41,486 nucleotides of DNA from Candidatus Velthaea sp. (GTDB lineage: Bacteria; Vulcanimicrobiota; Vulcanimicrobiia; Vulcanimicrobiales; Vulcanimicrobiaceae), in contig CBDCCS010000027.1 of NCBI GenBank assembly GCA_965214935.1, positions 1 to 41,486 of the forward strand. The letters run 5' to 3'. Below the pieces are notes generated by a model. The model was given only the letters and a program-made list of their open reading frames with translations. It was not told where the DNA came from and did no database searches. A program made the translations under genes and the position numbers. Positions 1-9,781 of this stretch are shown here, piece after piece; positions within the stretch are counted from its first letter, which is position 1, and each line of letters opens with the position of its first letter.

Positions 1-387
1 CGCTAAAAGAACCGGGTAGTTCCACGGAACGATGATGCCGACGACACCCAGGGGTTGCCACACGATTCGAGCGCCGGCCGGTGCAAAGTACGGCGCAACG
101 CCTTTGCGTTGCGGCGCGGCCCAACGCGCGACATTGCGTCGCGCATGCCGTGCGGCTTCAACGGTGGGAAAGATCTCGCTGAGCGCCGTCTCGTGATGCG
201 ACCGATGGCCGAAGTCGGCCGCGATCGCGCGTGCGATATCACCGGCGTACCGGCGCACCAAGCGTTCGACACGGCGAAGATGCGCGCGGCGTTCGCGCAC
301 TGCCGGCGCGCCGGTCACGGCAGCGGCGGCGAGACGCGCAAAGCGCCGCCCCAAAGTTCGTGTGTGCGTGTCGTCGCGCACGATCAT
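1..387 (-). CDS. Aldehyde dehydrogenase, coniferyl-aldehyde/ALDH3-like; N-terminal 129 codons, runs off the left edge
   Basis: Not in the ORF track. Manual minus-strand translation from ATG at 387 gives MIVRDDTH...AIAADFGHRSHHETALSEIFP...WQPLGVVGIIVPWNYPVLLA. PLGVVGII-PWNYP is the ALDH signature, and DFGHRS..ET is typical of coniferyl aldehyde dehydrogenases. Confidence 0.9.
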   Translation of the reverse strand, partial: MIVRDDTHTRTLGRRFARLAAAAVTGAPAVRERRAHLRRVERLVRRYAGDIARAIAADFGHRSHHETALSEIFPTVEAARHARRNVARWAAPQRKGVAPYFAPAGARIVWQPLGVVGIIVPWNYPVLLA

Positions 388-399
388 CGGTGCAGCGTC

Positions 400-1125
400 T
401 CAGGCCGGTCCGAACACGGCACGATCGATGAGGTGAGCGGCGTCGTCGATCACTTGCTTCGAGAACCGTTCGCGATCGTGAAAGGCAATGCGCAAAACGC
501 CTTCCATTGCGGGCATGATCGTCGATGCTAAGCGCGCACTTACCGCATCGCTCACCATTCCTGCGGCACTGAGCCGCGCTACGTACTCACGCAGCAACTC
601 GCGCACGGCGTTGCGTGGCCGGCGATTGGCCGGCTCGGCTGCGCCGTTGAGAATTGCCGGAACGGCCTGCATGAGTGCCGGTGACCCGACTCCGCCGGCA
701 AGTACGCAGCGGATCCATTCGTGCAATCGTTCGCGTTCGCGTTCGCGCGTCGTTACCGGGCCGGCGAGCGTCCCGGCCTGCGCGAGCACGCCGGTGTTCA
801 CGAACTCCACGGCAGCGAGTATGGCCTCCCGGCGGGAACGGAAATGGCGGTAAATCGTGCCCGGTGCTACGCCCGCCTCGCGTGCAATCACGGTCATCGT
901 CACGTGCTCGATACGCCGCCGCTCGAGCAGTTTGACAATGGCACCGACGATGCGGTCGACGTTTCCGCGCGAAGGGCGCCGGCGAGGCTTGAGAACGTCG
1001 TCATCTCCGACGCGGCCGAGATACGTCCAGCGAGCACGTAAGCGTCCGCTCTGAGCATCGCGTACGGACTCGACGCGATACCGGTACCGGTATCCCCGAA
1101 CGACCTTCGTCACCTCGTACGCCAT
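400..1125 (-). CDS. TetR/AcrR family regulator with an extra ~45 aa N-terminal domain
   Basis: HTH VTMTVIAREAGVAPGTIYRHFRSRREAI. Start placed at ATG 1125 (MAYEVTK); the rest of the 431 aa ORF is antisense to pyrD. Confidence 0.88.
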   Translation of the reverse strand: MAYEVTKVVRGYRYRYRVESVRDAQSGRLRARWTYLGRVGDDDVLKPRRRPSRGNVDRIVGAIVKLLERRRIEHVTMTVIAREAGVAPGTIYRHFRSRREAILAAVEFVNTGVLAQAGTLAGPVTTRERERERLHEWIRCVLAGGVGSPALMQAVPAILNGAAEPANRRPRNAVRELLREYVARLSAAGMVSDAVSARLASTIMPAMEGVLRIAFHDRERFSKQVIDDAAHLIDRAVFGPA

Positions 1126-1187
1126 GGGCGAGCCTTCAACGCGGTGATGAGCGGGCCTCGTCTCATGCGTAATGCCGCGGACGGCTT

Positions 1188-1211
1188 CGAACGCCGGACA
1201 CCCGGCGTTCG
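1188..1211. promoter_or_regulatory. Perfect inverted repeat in the tetR/pyrD divergent region; candidate operator or hairpin
   Basis: CGAACGCCGG-acac-CCGGCGTTCG (10 bp arms, 4 nt spacer). Function is inferred from its position next to a TetR gene. Confidence 0.45.
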
Positions 1212-1267
1212 TTCGCAATTCCGGTATGAATAAAGCGGTTCGATTGCGCGAGACCGAAACGCGCTTG

Positions 1268-2305
1268 GTGGCCGATCCGTATCCGCTCATTAAACCGTTT
1301 TTATTGCGTCTCGATCCCGAAACGGCGCACGAAGTAACGCTGCGGGCCCTCGAGACGGGGTTTGTCCCGGCGGCCGAACGCATCGACGATCCGGTGCTCG
1401 CAGTCGACTTGTTCGGGCGGCGCTTGGCACATCCGATCGGTCTGGCCGCCGGATTCGATAAAAACGCGCGGGTATTCGGGCGCATGTTCGATCTCGGATT
1501 TGCATTTGTCGAAATCGGCGGTGTTACGCCGCTTCCGCAACGCGGGAACGCCCGGCCGCGCGTCTTTCGGTTGCCGCGTGACGGCGCGGTCATCAATCGA
1601 ATGGGCTTCCCGAATGCGGGCGCCGTAGCGATCGAACGTCGCGTCGGTGCGCTTCGCGCCGGCGGAATGCTGGGCATTAATCTCGCCAGCAACACGGCAT
1701 CGTCAAATCCGATCGCGGACTTTCGGAGTTTAGTCGGCCGCTTCGCGGCGCGCGCCGATTATCTGACGCTCGACATCTCATGTCCGAACACCGCGAACGG
1801 CCAAATTTTTCTCGAGCCGGCAGCCTTACGCGAATTGCTCGCCGCCGTCGGCAATCTCGAGCTTCCGCGCCGGCCGGCAATTGTCGCCAAGCTTTCGCCG
1901 GATATCGAAGGCAAGCGTCTCGAGGCGGTGCTCGACGTATTGCTCGACGCGCGCATCGACGGCATCATTGCCAGCAATACGACTGCCGCGCGTCCGGCCT
2001 TGATCGAAATACATCGCGCGCAAGCGGGCGGGTTGAGCGGACGGCCGCTTTTCTCCGCATCGACGGCCATGCTCGCGCATGTCGCGCGCTTCACGGAACG
2101 GCGCGTCACGTTGATCGGCGTGGGCGGCATTGCAAGCGGAGCGGACGCATATGCCAAGATCCGTGCCGGCGCGAGCGCTGTACAACTTTACACGGCACTC
2201 ATTTACGGCGGTCCGGCGCTGATCGCGCGCATCGGCCGCGAATTGGCAGCGCTGCTACGGCGAGACGGGTTTAGCTCGATCGCTCAGGCCGCCGCGGCAG
2301 CGTAG
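1268..2305 (+). CDS. pyrD: Dihydroorotate dehydrogenase (quinone), class 2
   Basis: Motifs LDPETAH, GLAAGFDK, QRGNARPRVFRL, INRMGFPN, KLSPD, GGLSG, GVGGI, AGASAVQLYT. GTG start at 1268 chosen by family length. Confidence 0.95.
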   Translation: MADPYPLIKPFLLRLDPETAHEVTLRALETGFVPAAERIDDPVLAVDLFGRRLAHPIGLAAGFDKNARVFGRMFDLGFAFVEIGGVTPLPQRGNARPRVFRLPRDGAVINRMGFPNAGAVAIERRVGALRAGGMLGINLASNTASSNPIADFRSLVGRFAARADYLTLDISCPNTANGQIFLEPAALRELLAAVGNLELPRRPAIVAKLSPDIEGKRLEAVLDVLLDARIDGIIASNTTAARPALIEIHRAQAGGLSGRPLFSASTAMLAHVARFTERRVTLIGVGGIASGADAYAKIRAGASAVQLYTALIYGGPALIARIGRELAALLRRDGFSSIAQAAAAA

Positions 2306-3066
2306 TGGCACTCATCGATTTGCGTGCGAAACGCGTGCTGCTGACGGGCGGTTCGCAAGGGATCGGCGCCGCTGCGGTTCGCGCGATGCACGCCGCCGGC
2401 GCGCGCGTGCTGTTCAGCTATCACCGGCGCGCGGATCTTGCCGCCGCACTATGCGCGGATCTCGGTCCGAACGTCACCGCGATCGCGGCGGATCTCGCGG
2501 ACGGCGCTGCGCTCGAACCGCTTGTTGCAGCCGCAATACGTGAACTCGGCGGGCTCGATGTGCTGGTCAACAACGCAGCGATCTATGCCGACAACCCGTT
2601 TGACGGCCACGATTTTGCGGCGTGGCGCTCCGGCTGGCAGCGCACGTTCGCCGTTAACCTCTTCGCAGCGGCCGACTTAGCCTGGCTGGCAATCCGCGAG
2701 ATGCGCCGCGCCGGAACGCCCGGTACGATCGTTAACGTCGCTTCGCGAGCGGCGCATCGTGGCGAGTTGACCTTCGCCGATTATGGCGCAAGCAAAGCGG
2801 CATTAATCAATCTCACGAAGTCGATTGCGCGCTCGTGTGCGCCGCAGGGCATTACCGCTTTCGCCGTCGCGCCCGGCTATATCGCCACCGAAATGGCTGC
2901 CGGCGCAATCGCGGCGTACGGCGCGGAAATCACCGCGGAAATTCCGTCGGGCCGCATCGGCACGGCAGCCGACGTCGGCGGCATCATTGCGTTTTTAGCA
3001 TCGCCGCTGGCCGCATACGCAACCGGGACGACAATCGATGTAAACGGCGCGTCGTACGTGCGCTGA
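2305..3066 (+). CDS. Short-chain dehydrogenase/reductase (SDR)
   Basis: TGGSQGIG, VNNAA, YGASK catalytic motif. TAG/GTG overlap with pyrD. Confidence 0.93.
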   Translation: MALIDLRAKRVLLTGGSQGIGAAAVRAMHAAGARVLFSYHRRADLAAALCADLGPNVTAIAADLADGAALEPLVAAAIRELGGLDVLVNNAAIYADNPFDGHDFAAWRSGWQRTFAVNLFAAADLAWLAIREMRRAGTPGTIVNVASRAAHRGELTFADYGASKAALINLTKSIARSCAPQGITAFAVAPGYIATEMAAGAIAAYGAEITAEIPSGRIGTAADVGGIIAFLASPLAAYATGTTIDVNGASYVR

Positions 3067-3072
3067 GGTGCG

Positions 3073-4076
3073 TCACTCGGGCTGCCGCGAGGCCGCTCGC
3101 GGGTCATCCGCGGACGCCTTTCCGCCTTCGATAAACGCTTCGCGCAGAATGTAACCGCCGACGAGCGTCAACCCCGACGTTGCGAACGTTTTCCAGCGGC
3201 CGTGTAGCGGTAGAATATTGAGCGCGGCCGGCAACACGATTCCGCCGGCCATGGTAAAGGCGCGCAGTTTGCGGCCTTGCCGGCCGGCAAACATCGGCTT
3301 GCCGAGCGGACCGGCATGACGCGCAAACGCCAACAGCAGCGCAAGTTCGCCCAACCCCGCCAGCATTTCGAGCCGTTCGAGTTTCCGTAACGTCGCAGCG
3401 TTGCCCGCCCGCAGCGCCACCAGTGCGCTATTGAGCGCGCACGCGCCGGCCAGCCCCGAGCAAACGGAGATCGCCGGAATATGGCGCTTGCCGATCGCCC
3501 AAAACGGAATAGCCGTCGCGCTGATCAATACGCCCGTGTACCCCGCGATGAATGCGCCGAGCAGCGCTTCGCAGCGGAATCGAAGAGCGGCGCGGGCTGC
3601 GACGTGGCGCAGACCAGCGCAACCGCGTCCGGGATCAGACCGTCGTTGCGCGCCTTGCGCGAGCGGCGGCGGCAGAGTTGCCGGCAGCGAGAACGCCGAT
3701 CAAGCCCCCACACGCCCATCGACATGACCGACTTTAATTTAAAAATTCGTAACATGTGATGGAAGCGCTCGGGCCGGCCGAGGTGCTTTATGAGCACGAG
3801 CGGACAGGTCGCGGCAAGAATGAACGCCGCATAACGCGCCGTCCGTTCGAGTGCTGCATCCTTGCGATGATCTGCGACGAAGATCAACATGCCCGAACCG
3901 CCCATGAGTCCGCCCATAAAAAGATAAACGACGACTTCCCATTCCCAATGCGGTTTTTTGAGCAGCGGCCGATCGTAGTACGTCGCGGCTTGATGCGGCG
4001 GCAGCACGCTTCCGTCACTGACGCCGCGCGCTGCCGAGTCGGGATTGAGCGCTCGCAGGTCGTTATGGGCGCTCAC
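3073..4076 (-). pseudogene. NrfD/PsrC-type membrane anchor of the formate dehydrogenase, frameshifted as sequenced (probably a sequencing artefact)
   Basis: GTG at 4076 overlaps the beta-subunit TGA. The N-terminal half (YYDRPLLKKPHWEWEVVVYLFMGG...HLGRPERFHHMLR...SVMSMGVW) and C-terminal half (AGYTGVLISATAIPFW...GGYILREAFIEGGKASADDP) lie in different frames, joined by a garbled stretch at about 3570-3710. Confidence 0.85.
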
Positions 4077-4918
4077 GCACCGGCTCGAAAGATAAATAAC
4101 GCCGCGATCGCAAGGGTCGCGGCGGCGACGGCGGCGCTTGTATATCCGGCCCGCTGATGCGTCGAAGGCAAGACCGGTCGCTCGGGCAGATTGTATGCTT
4201 CGGGCCTTTGCGTTAAGAGAAAGAACGCGTTGAGGTCGCCGACCGAGGTGTCCGTGTCGACGCCGTACAGATATGCGTCGACGCCGCGGCTGCCGAGTGC
4301 CGCGACCCGTTTTTGCGCCCGTTCTTTGAGTTCGTCGACGTCGCCGAATTGGATCGATTCGGTCGGGCACGCTTTCGCGCAAGCCGGAATTTCACCGATT
4401 TTTTGGCGGTCGTAGCACAGCGTGCATTTTCCGGCGATGCCGCCGTGCTTCTGCGTTGCATCGTCGTGCGTCCGGCCGTCGGAGACAAACCCCCGCGATT
4501 GCGTGTAATCGGCATGCGTGATGAGATCGACGACGCCGAACGGGCACGACGGAACGCAATAGCCGCAACCATTGCAAACATCGGGTTGAATAAAAACGTC
4601 ATCAAACTCGTTGCGCATGATGGCGCCCGTCGGGCAAGCTTCGAGGCATCCGGCATTCGTGCAATGCTTGCAGACGTCGCTCATCATGAGCCAGCCCGAT
4701 ACGTCGGGCGTTGCTGCCGCACCGGGCGCCGCCGGTGCAGTCTCTTCAATGAAGGCAACATGCCGCCAGGTGGTACCCGACAGCTGCGAGGTGTTGTCAT
4801 AAGAATTACCGGTAAACTCGTAGCCGTCGGCGGGCAGTTGATTCCACTGTTTGCAAGCAACTTCGCATGCTTTGCAGCCGATGCAGATCGTCGTGTCGGT
4901 GAAGAATCCGTTAGCCAT
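4073..4918 (-). CDS. Formate dehydrogenase iron-sulfur (beta) subunit, FdnH/DmsB-like, with C-terminal hydrophobic helix
   Basis: CIGCKACEVAC, CKHCTNAGCLEACP, CNGCGYCVPSCPF, KCTLC...PACAKACPT. TGATG overlap with the alpha subunit. Confidence 0.95.
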   Translation of the reverse strand: MANGFFTDTTICIGCKACEVACKQWNQLPADGYEFTGNSYDNTSQLSGTTWRHVAFIEETAPAAPGAAATPDVSGWLMMSDVCKHCTNAGCLEACPTGAIMRNEFDDVFIQPDVCNGCGYCVPSCPFGVVDLITHADYTQSRGFVSDGRTHDDATQKHGGIAGKCTLCYDRQKIGEIPACAKACPTESIQFGDVDELKERAQKRVAALGSRGVDAYLYGVDTDTSVGDLNAFFLLTQRPEAYNLPERPVLPSTHQRAGYTSAAVAAATLAIAALFIFRAGA

Positions 4919-7900
4919 CAAGCATTCCCGCGGTCGATCCCGTGTGCTTGCGAGACACCATGCTCGCGGATCTGATCGGCCGGAACCGGCGCATCGGCAA
5001 TCTCGTGCGCGTCGGGCAGTTCGGCGCGGCGGCCGGGACGGATGTTACAGGTGATCGTCTTCGCCTCGTGGATCGACACGTTGGGGTCCATGACGAGCGC
5101 GATGAGCCGGCCGGCCGAATCACCGTTCGCATGTCCGAGCGCGCCGTAATTGTACGGTATGCCGATTTGGTGAACGCGCCGGCCGCGCGCAATGCGTAAG
5201 GGGCGCATGCGTCCGCTCACGAGCGCGCGCGCTTCGATTTCACCGAGTTTGGTGATGATCGTCATCCATTCGCCGTTGCGAATTCCCGCTTCGACGGCGA
5301 GTTCCGGATCGATCTCGGCAAATAGCGCCGGCTGCAATTCGGCAAGCCACGGCACGTTACGCGTCATGATGCCGGAATGTTCGGTCAACCGGTAGGTCGT
5401 CATCACGTGGGGAAAATCGGGATTGGCGGCGCCGTTATAGGCGTTGTCGACCCGATCCCACTGCCGCAATGCCGGATTACTTTGCTGTTGGTACACCGCG
5501 TTTTTAACAACCGATTCAAGCGGCTCGTAATGCGCCGGCAGCGGACCATCTTTGAGTGTGTTCGGCACGAAGATCTGCGCTCGCCCATCCGCTTGCATTA
5601 GAAACGGATCGCTTCCGGAGTGCGCATCGACGCCGCCGGCACCCGGCTTCGCCGGTTCGTGCGGTGATTTGTCGACCGGGAAATCCGGGATGTCCGGACC
5701 TGTCCAGCGGTGCGTTTCTTCGTCCCAGGCCATATAGCGCTTGCGTTCGCTCCACGGAATCCCGTCCGGATCGGCTGAGGCGCGATTGTACAACATGCGC
5801 CGGTTGGCCGGCCAGGCGAAGCCCCACTCCAGCGACGTCCAAGCATCGCCTTTACGATTGCGCGCACGGTTCGTCTCTTTATCGGGACAAACGCCGCTAT
5901 AAATCCAGCAGCCGCACGCCGTCGTTCCGTCGGCTTTAAGGTCCGCGAAACCGGTGATTTGCGGCGAGCCGTCGCGCGCACGCCCGGGTTCGACGACATA
6001 ACCGTTGATCTCATGCAGCACCTTGAGCGCCGATGGTTCGCCGAGCGCGCGTTCGTGCGCGTCGTCGCTCTCGTAGTCCCAGGTCAAGTCAAGCAACGGC
6101 CGGTCTTTGGTGTCGGCCGATCCCGCATAGAGCGCACGCAATCGCCGGCCCAACTCATAGATGAAGTACAAATCGGAACGAGCTGCGCCGGCCGGCTCGA
6201 TTGCCCGGTCATGCCATTGCAGCATCCGATTGGTATTGACCATCGTACCTTCTTTTTCGAGCACCGTCGCCGTTGGAAGAAAAAACATCTCGGTTCCGAT
6301 CGTCGCCGGGTCGGCACCGTCACGGCGCCAGAAGGACGCCGTTTCGGTCTCGTAGGCGTCGACGACGACCATCCATTGAAGGCGTTCCATGGCCGCGCAC
6401 GCCATCTCGCTGTTCAAGCCCGACGATGCCGGGTTTTGCCCGATCACAAAATAGCCGTCGACGAAGCCGTCCTTCATCGATAGTTGCGTCGGCAGGGCCG
6501 AGTAATCGCCGGCTATTTGCGGCAGATAGTCGTAGCAAAAATCATTTTCGGCAGTGGCTTTATCGCCGTAATATGCTTTGAGCAGCGAGATGATATATTT
6601 CGGTGCGTTCGACCACCAGCCGGTGGGCACCGTGACGGCTTTGAGATAACCGGCAAGAGTTTGTTCGTCGCGTAAGGCGGACGGCATCGGTAAATAACCC
6701 GGCAGCAAATCGTACAACGTCGGGATATCCGTCGCGCCTTGGATGTTCGCATGCCCGCGCAATGCCATGATACCGCCGCCCGGCCGGCCGATGTTCCCGA
6801 GCAGCGTTTGCAGGATCGCGGCCGTTCGAATGTACTGCACGCCTACGGTGTGCTGCGTCCAGCCGACAGCATACGCGAACATCGTCGTGCGCTCGCGGGT
6901 GCTGTTATCGGCGAGCAGGTTCGCGATGCGCTCGAACGTTTCGCGCGGCGTGCCGCACACATCTTCAACCAGCTCGGCGGTATAGCGCGCGAAATGACGT
7001 CGCAAGATATTGAGAACGCAGCGCGGATGCTCGAGCGTTTCGTCGCGGCGCGGCATCTGTACCGTACCGTTACCGTCATGGCGCGGCACGGCTTGAGTCT
7101 CAAACTGCCAAGATTCGGGATTGTAATTGCCGGGCGCGATTATCGCATCGGAGGTGCCCATGAGACCTTGACTGCCGCGGTCGTTAACGCTGCCGTCGCG
7201 CTCCGGCTCGATCCAGCCCGAGAACAAGCCGTCGAAGTCTTCGGTATCGCGAAAATCCTCGCGTACGATATAACTAACATTCGTGAAGGCCGTAACGTAC
7301 TCTTTAAACCAGCGGTCGTGGGTGAGCAGCCAGTTGATAAGGGCGCCGAGAAAGACGATGTCGGTCCCGCTACGCAGCGGCGCGTAGACATCGGCAAGCG
7401 CCGACGTGCGTGTATAGCGCGGATCGACATGAATGACGGTCGCTCCGCGCTCCTTGGCTTCCATGACGAAGCGAAACGCCACCGGATGGCATTCCGCGAA
7501 GTTCGATCCTTCGATGAGAATGCAATCACTATTGACGATGTCTTGAACGAATGTGGTCGCGCCGCCGCGACCGAATGAGGTGCCGAGACCCGGCACCGTC
7601 GAGCTATGTCAAATGCGCGCCTGGTTTTCAACCGAAACGACGCCGCACGCCTTAAAAAGTTTTTGCAGCAAATAATTTTCTTCGCAACCGAACGTTGCGC
7701 CGCCGAGCGAAGCAATGCCCAACGTATGATTCACGCGCTTGCCGTCGTCGAGCGTCCGGACAAACGTCTTTTCGCGTGTCTCACGGAAACGCTCGGCGAT
7801 GCGGTCGAGCATCCAGCTCACCGGGCGCTCTTCCCACTCCGTTGAGTTCGGCGCGCGATATTTGCCGGTCGTCCAACGCGCTTCATTTACCGTCAAACCA

Positions 7901-8190
7901 AAAATAGCCGAGCCTTTCGGACACAGATGACCGGCCGAGATCGGGCTATCGGGATTGCCTTCGACATCGAGCAGTTTTCCGGCGTCGCTGACGTATGCCC
8001 GCGTACTGCAGCCGACCGCGCAATACGGACAGACGCTGGTGACCGTTTTAGCGCCCTGCATCCGGCCGGCCAGCTTGCGCGTACGCGCGGACTCGACGTT
8101 CGGCAATGCGCCGATCCGTTCCGAAAGACGCAACCGTTCGAAGGCGCCGGAAAGCAGCGATAGTAACGGTTGCTTAGGCTTGAGAGACAT
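4918..8190 (-). CDS. fdnG: Formate dehydrogenase alpha subunit (Mo/W-bisPGD), selenocysteine-containing, 1090 aa
   Basis: ORFs 7609-8442 and 4918-7596 share a frame and are separated by one TGA (7609-7611) in ENQARI-U-HSSTVPGLGTSFGRGGAT, the FdnG/FdoG Sec site. N-terminal CPYCAVGC...CPKG Fe-S motif, ALRGHANIQG motif. AAGGAG RBS before ATG 8190. Confidence 0.95.
7579..7597 (-). promoter_or_regulatory. Bacterial SECIS element
   Basis: mRNA reads UGA-(11 nt)-GGUGCCG-GGUCU-CGGCACC: a 7 bp stem with a GGUCU loop, matching the spacing and loop of the E. coli fdhF SECIS. Confidence 0.9.
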
Positions 8191-8232
8191 CGACACTCCT
8201 TCGATTCGCAACCGCGCAAGCGGCGTGCTTCG

Positions 8233-8241
8233 AGCGTAACA
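8233..8241 (-). promoter_or_regulatory. Possible extended -10 promoter (TGtTACGCT) between fdhD and the alpha subunit gene
   Basis: Motif match only, about 40 nt upstream of the ATG; no clear -35. Confidence 0.3.
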
Positions 8242-8276
8242 AATGCGAGCTGTGATAAACGGCGACCTGTGTATGG

Positions 8277-9152
8277 CTACCCTGCATCCGAGTAGCCGAG
8301 GCGGCTCGGATGCGTGTAGACGTTCGCGCTTTGCCCGCGCACTAAACCGGCAAGCGTAATGCCGGCGGACTCGGCTAAGCGAACCGCCAGCGCTGTCGGC
8401 CGCGACACGGCGGCAAGCAGCGCGATCCCCGCGACCGCACACTTCTGCACCAGCTCGTAACTGGCGCGACTGGTAACGAGCGCGAATCCGTCGCTTGCAT
8501 CGAGCCCTGCCGACGTCATTGCGCCGATCAGCTTGTCGAGTGCGTTGTGCCGGCCGACATCCTCGCGCACGACCGTCAATCGGCCGTCGGCGTGCGCCCA
8601 GCCGGCAGCATGCACGGCGCGAGTCTCGCCGTTAAGTCTCTGCCGGCCGGGCAACTCGGCGGCTGCGCGGAACAGCGCCGCCGGTGCGAACGAGCGCGTT
8701 AATCGGCTCGGCGTTGCCGTCCGCAATGCATCGTCGATGGTCGTCACGCCGCACAACCCGCAGCCCGTGCGTCCGACGAGCGAACGTCCGCGACCGGCGA
8801 GTGCTTGAGCTGCGACCGCCGGTATCGTAACCTGTACGTCGATGCCCGCACTATACCGGACGATCGCGATCCGGCCGATATCGGCCGCCGATGCGACGAT
8901 CTCCTCACTGAGCGTAAAACCGCGGGCGAAGTCGTCGATGTCGGCCGGCGTACACATCATCACGACGTGTGGCCGTCCGTTATAGACGAGTGCAACGGGG
9001 GTTTCTTCGGCGACCGTTTGCGTTTCGAGCGCAACGCCGCCGCGGGCAAAGCGCACGAACGAGCGCGCAGCCGACGGTTGGGCGTAGCCCAAACCGAAAA
9101 GCGGATGGAGCGGATCGAGAGTCGGCGGGACGTGGGGCGCTGCATCGCTCAT
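8277..9152 (-). CDS. fdhD: Formate dehydrogenase accessory sulfurtransferase FdhD
   Basis: VAEETPVAL, MMCTP, GFTLSE, GCGLCG, REDVGRHNALDKLIG, TSRASYELVQK, SRPTALA. Confidence 0.96.
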   Translation of the reverse strand: MSDAAPHVPPTLDPLHPLFGLGYAQPSAARSFVRFARGGVALETQTVAEETPVALVYNGRPHVVMMCTPADIDDFARGFTLSEEIVASAADIGRIAIVRYSAGIDVQVTIPAVAAQALAGRGRSLVGRTGCGLCGVTTIDDALRTATPSRLTRSFAPAALFRAAAELPGRQRLNGETRAVHAAGWAHADGRLTVVREDVGRHNALDKLIGAMTSAGLDASDGFALVTSRASYELVQKCAVAGIALLAAVSRPTALAVRLAESAGITLAGLVRGQSANVYTHPSRLGYSDAG

Positions 9153-9271
9153 CGTCTGTGTTTCCCAAGCGGGCCGCGCTCTGCACGTCGGCACGGCGTG
9201 TGAGCCGGCGGTAAAATTAATCCAAACATAACCGGAATCGCTGCGCTCCGCGCGAACAGCGGCTGACAATC

Positions 9272-9781
9272 ATGAGATCGCAGCGTCTCATCGCGATCGT
9301 CGCCGTCGCAGCGGTGGCGCTATTGAGTGTATGGTTCATCAATCAACGGCATGCCGCGGGCGATGGCGGCAGCATCGTCGTCTACTACACCAAAGCCGAC
9401 GGCACGTCCGAGGTGCCGTGGCGCGTAACGCTCGGCCCGGCGCGCGACCCGAAGAGCGTTGCCTTTTATGCCGCCGCTCAAGTGTTGGCCGGTCCGGCGT
9501 CCGATGTCGATGCGGTTCGCTTCCCCGCCGGGACGCACGTGCGAGCACTCGACATCAGCGGCTCGACCGTCGACGTCGACTTATCGGGCGAGGTCGCCAA
9601 ATCGGCGCAGGGCGGTTTTGCGGAAAACGCGTTATTCAAGTCACTCGTTTGGACGTTGACCGATAAAAAAACATTGCCCGGTATCGATGCCGTGCGCATC
9701 CGGGTCGACGGAACGCGCGTCGCAACTTTACCCGGAGGGCACTTCGAGCTCGATGAACCGCTTGCACGCACGACTTTTTAG
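9272..9781 (+). CDS. GerMN domain membrane-anchored protein
   Basis: N-terminal hydrophobic anchor; LAGP...FPAGT...VDVDLS...SLVWTLT...VRIRVDG...LPGGH...PL pattern of GerMN domains. Confidence 0.85.
   Translation: MRSQRLIAIVAVAAVALLSVWFINQRHAAGDGGSIVVYYTKADGTSEVPWRVTLGPARDPKSVAFYAAAQVLAGPASDVDAVRFPAGTHVRALDISGSTVDVDLSGEVAKSAQGGFAENALFKSLVWTLTDKKTLPGIDAVRIRVDGTRVATLPGGHFELDEPLARTTF

Noticed and set aside
1126..1695. N-terminal 190 aa of the 431 aa minus-strand ORF
   Set aside because: Antisense to pyrD and its upstream region; TetR-like sequence begins at ATG 1125.
7609..8442. Separate 277 aa small Fdh subunit, or a nonsense pseudogene
   Set aside because: The TGA is at the Sec position with a SECIS; the first 84 codons overlap fdhD and the intergenic region.
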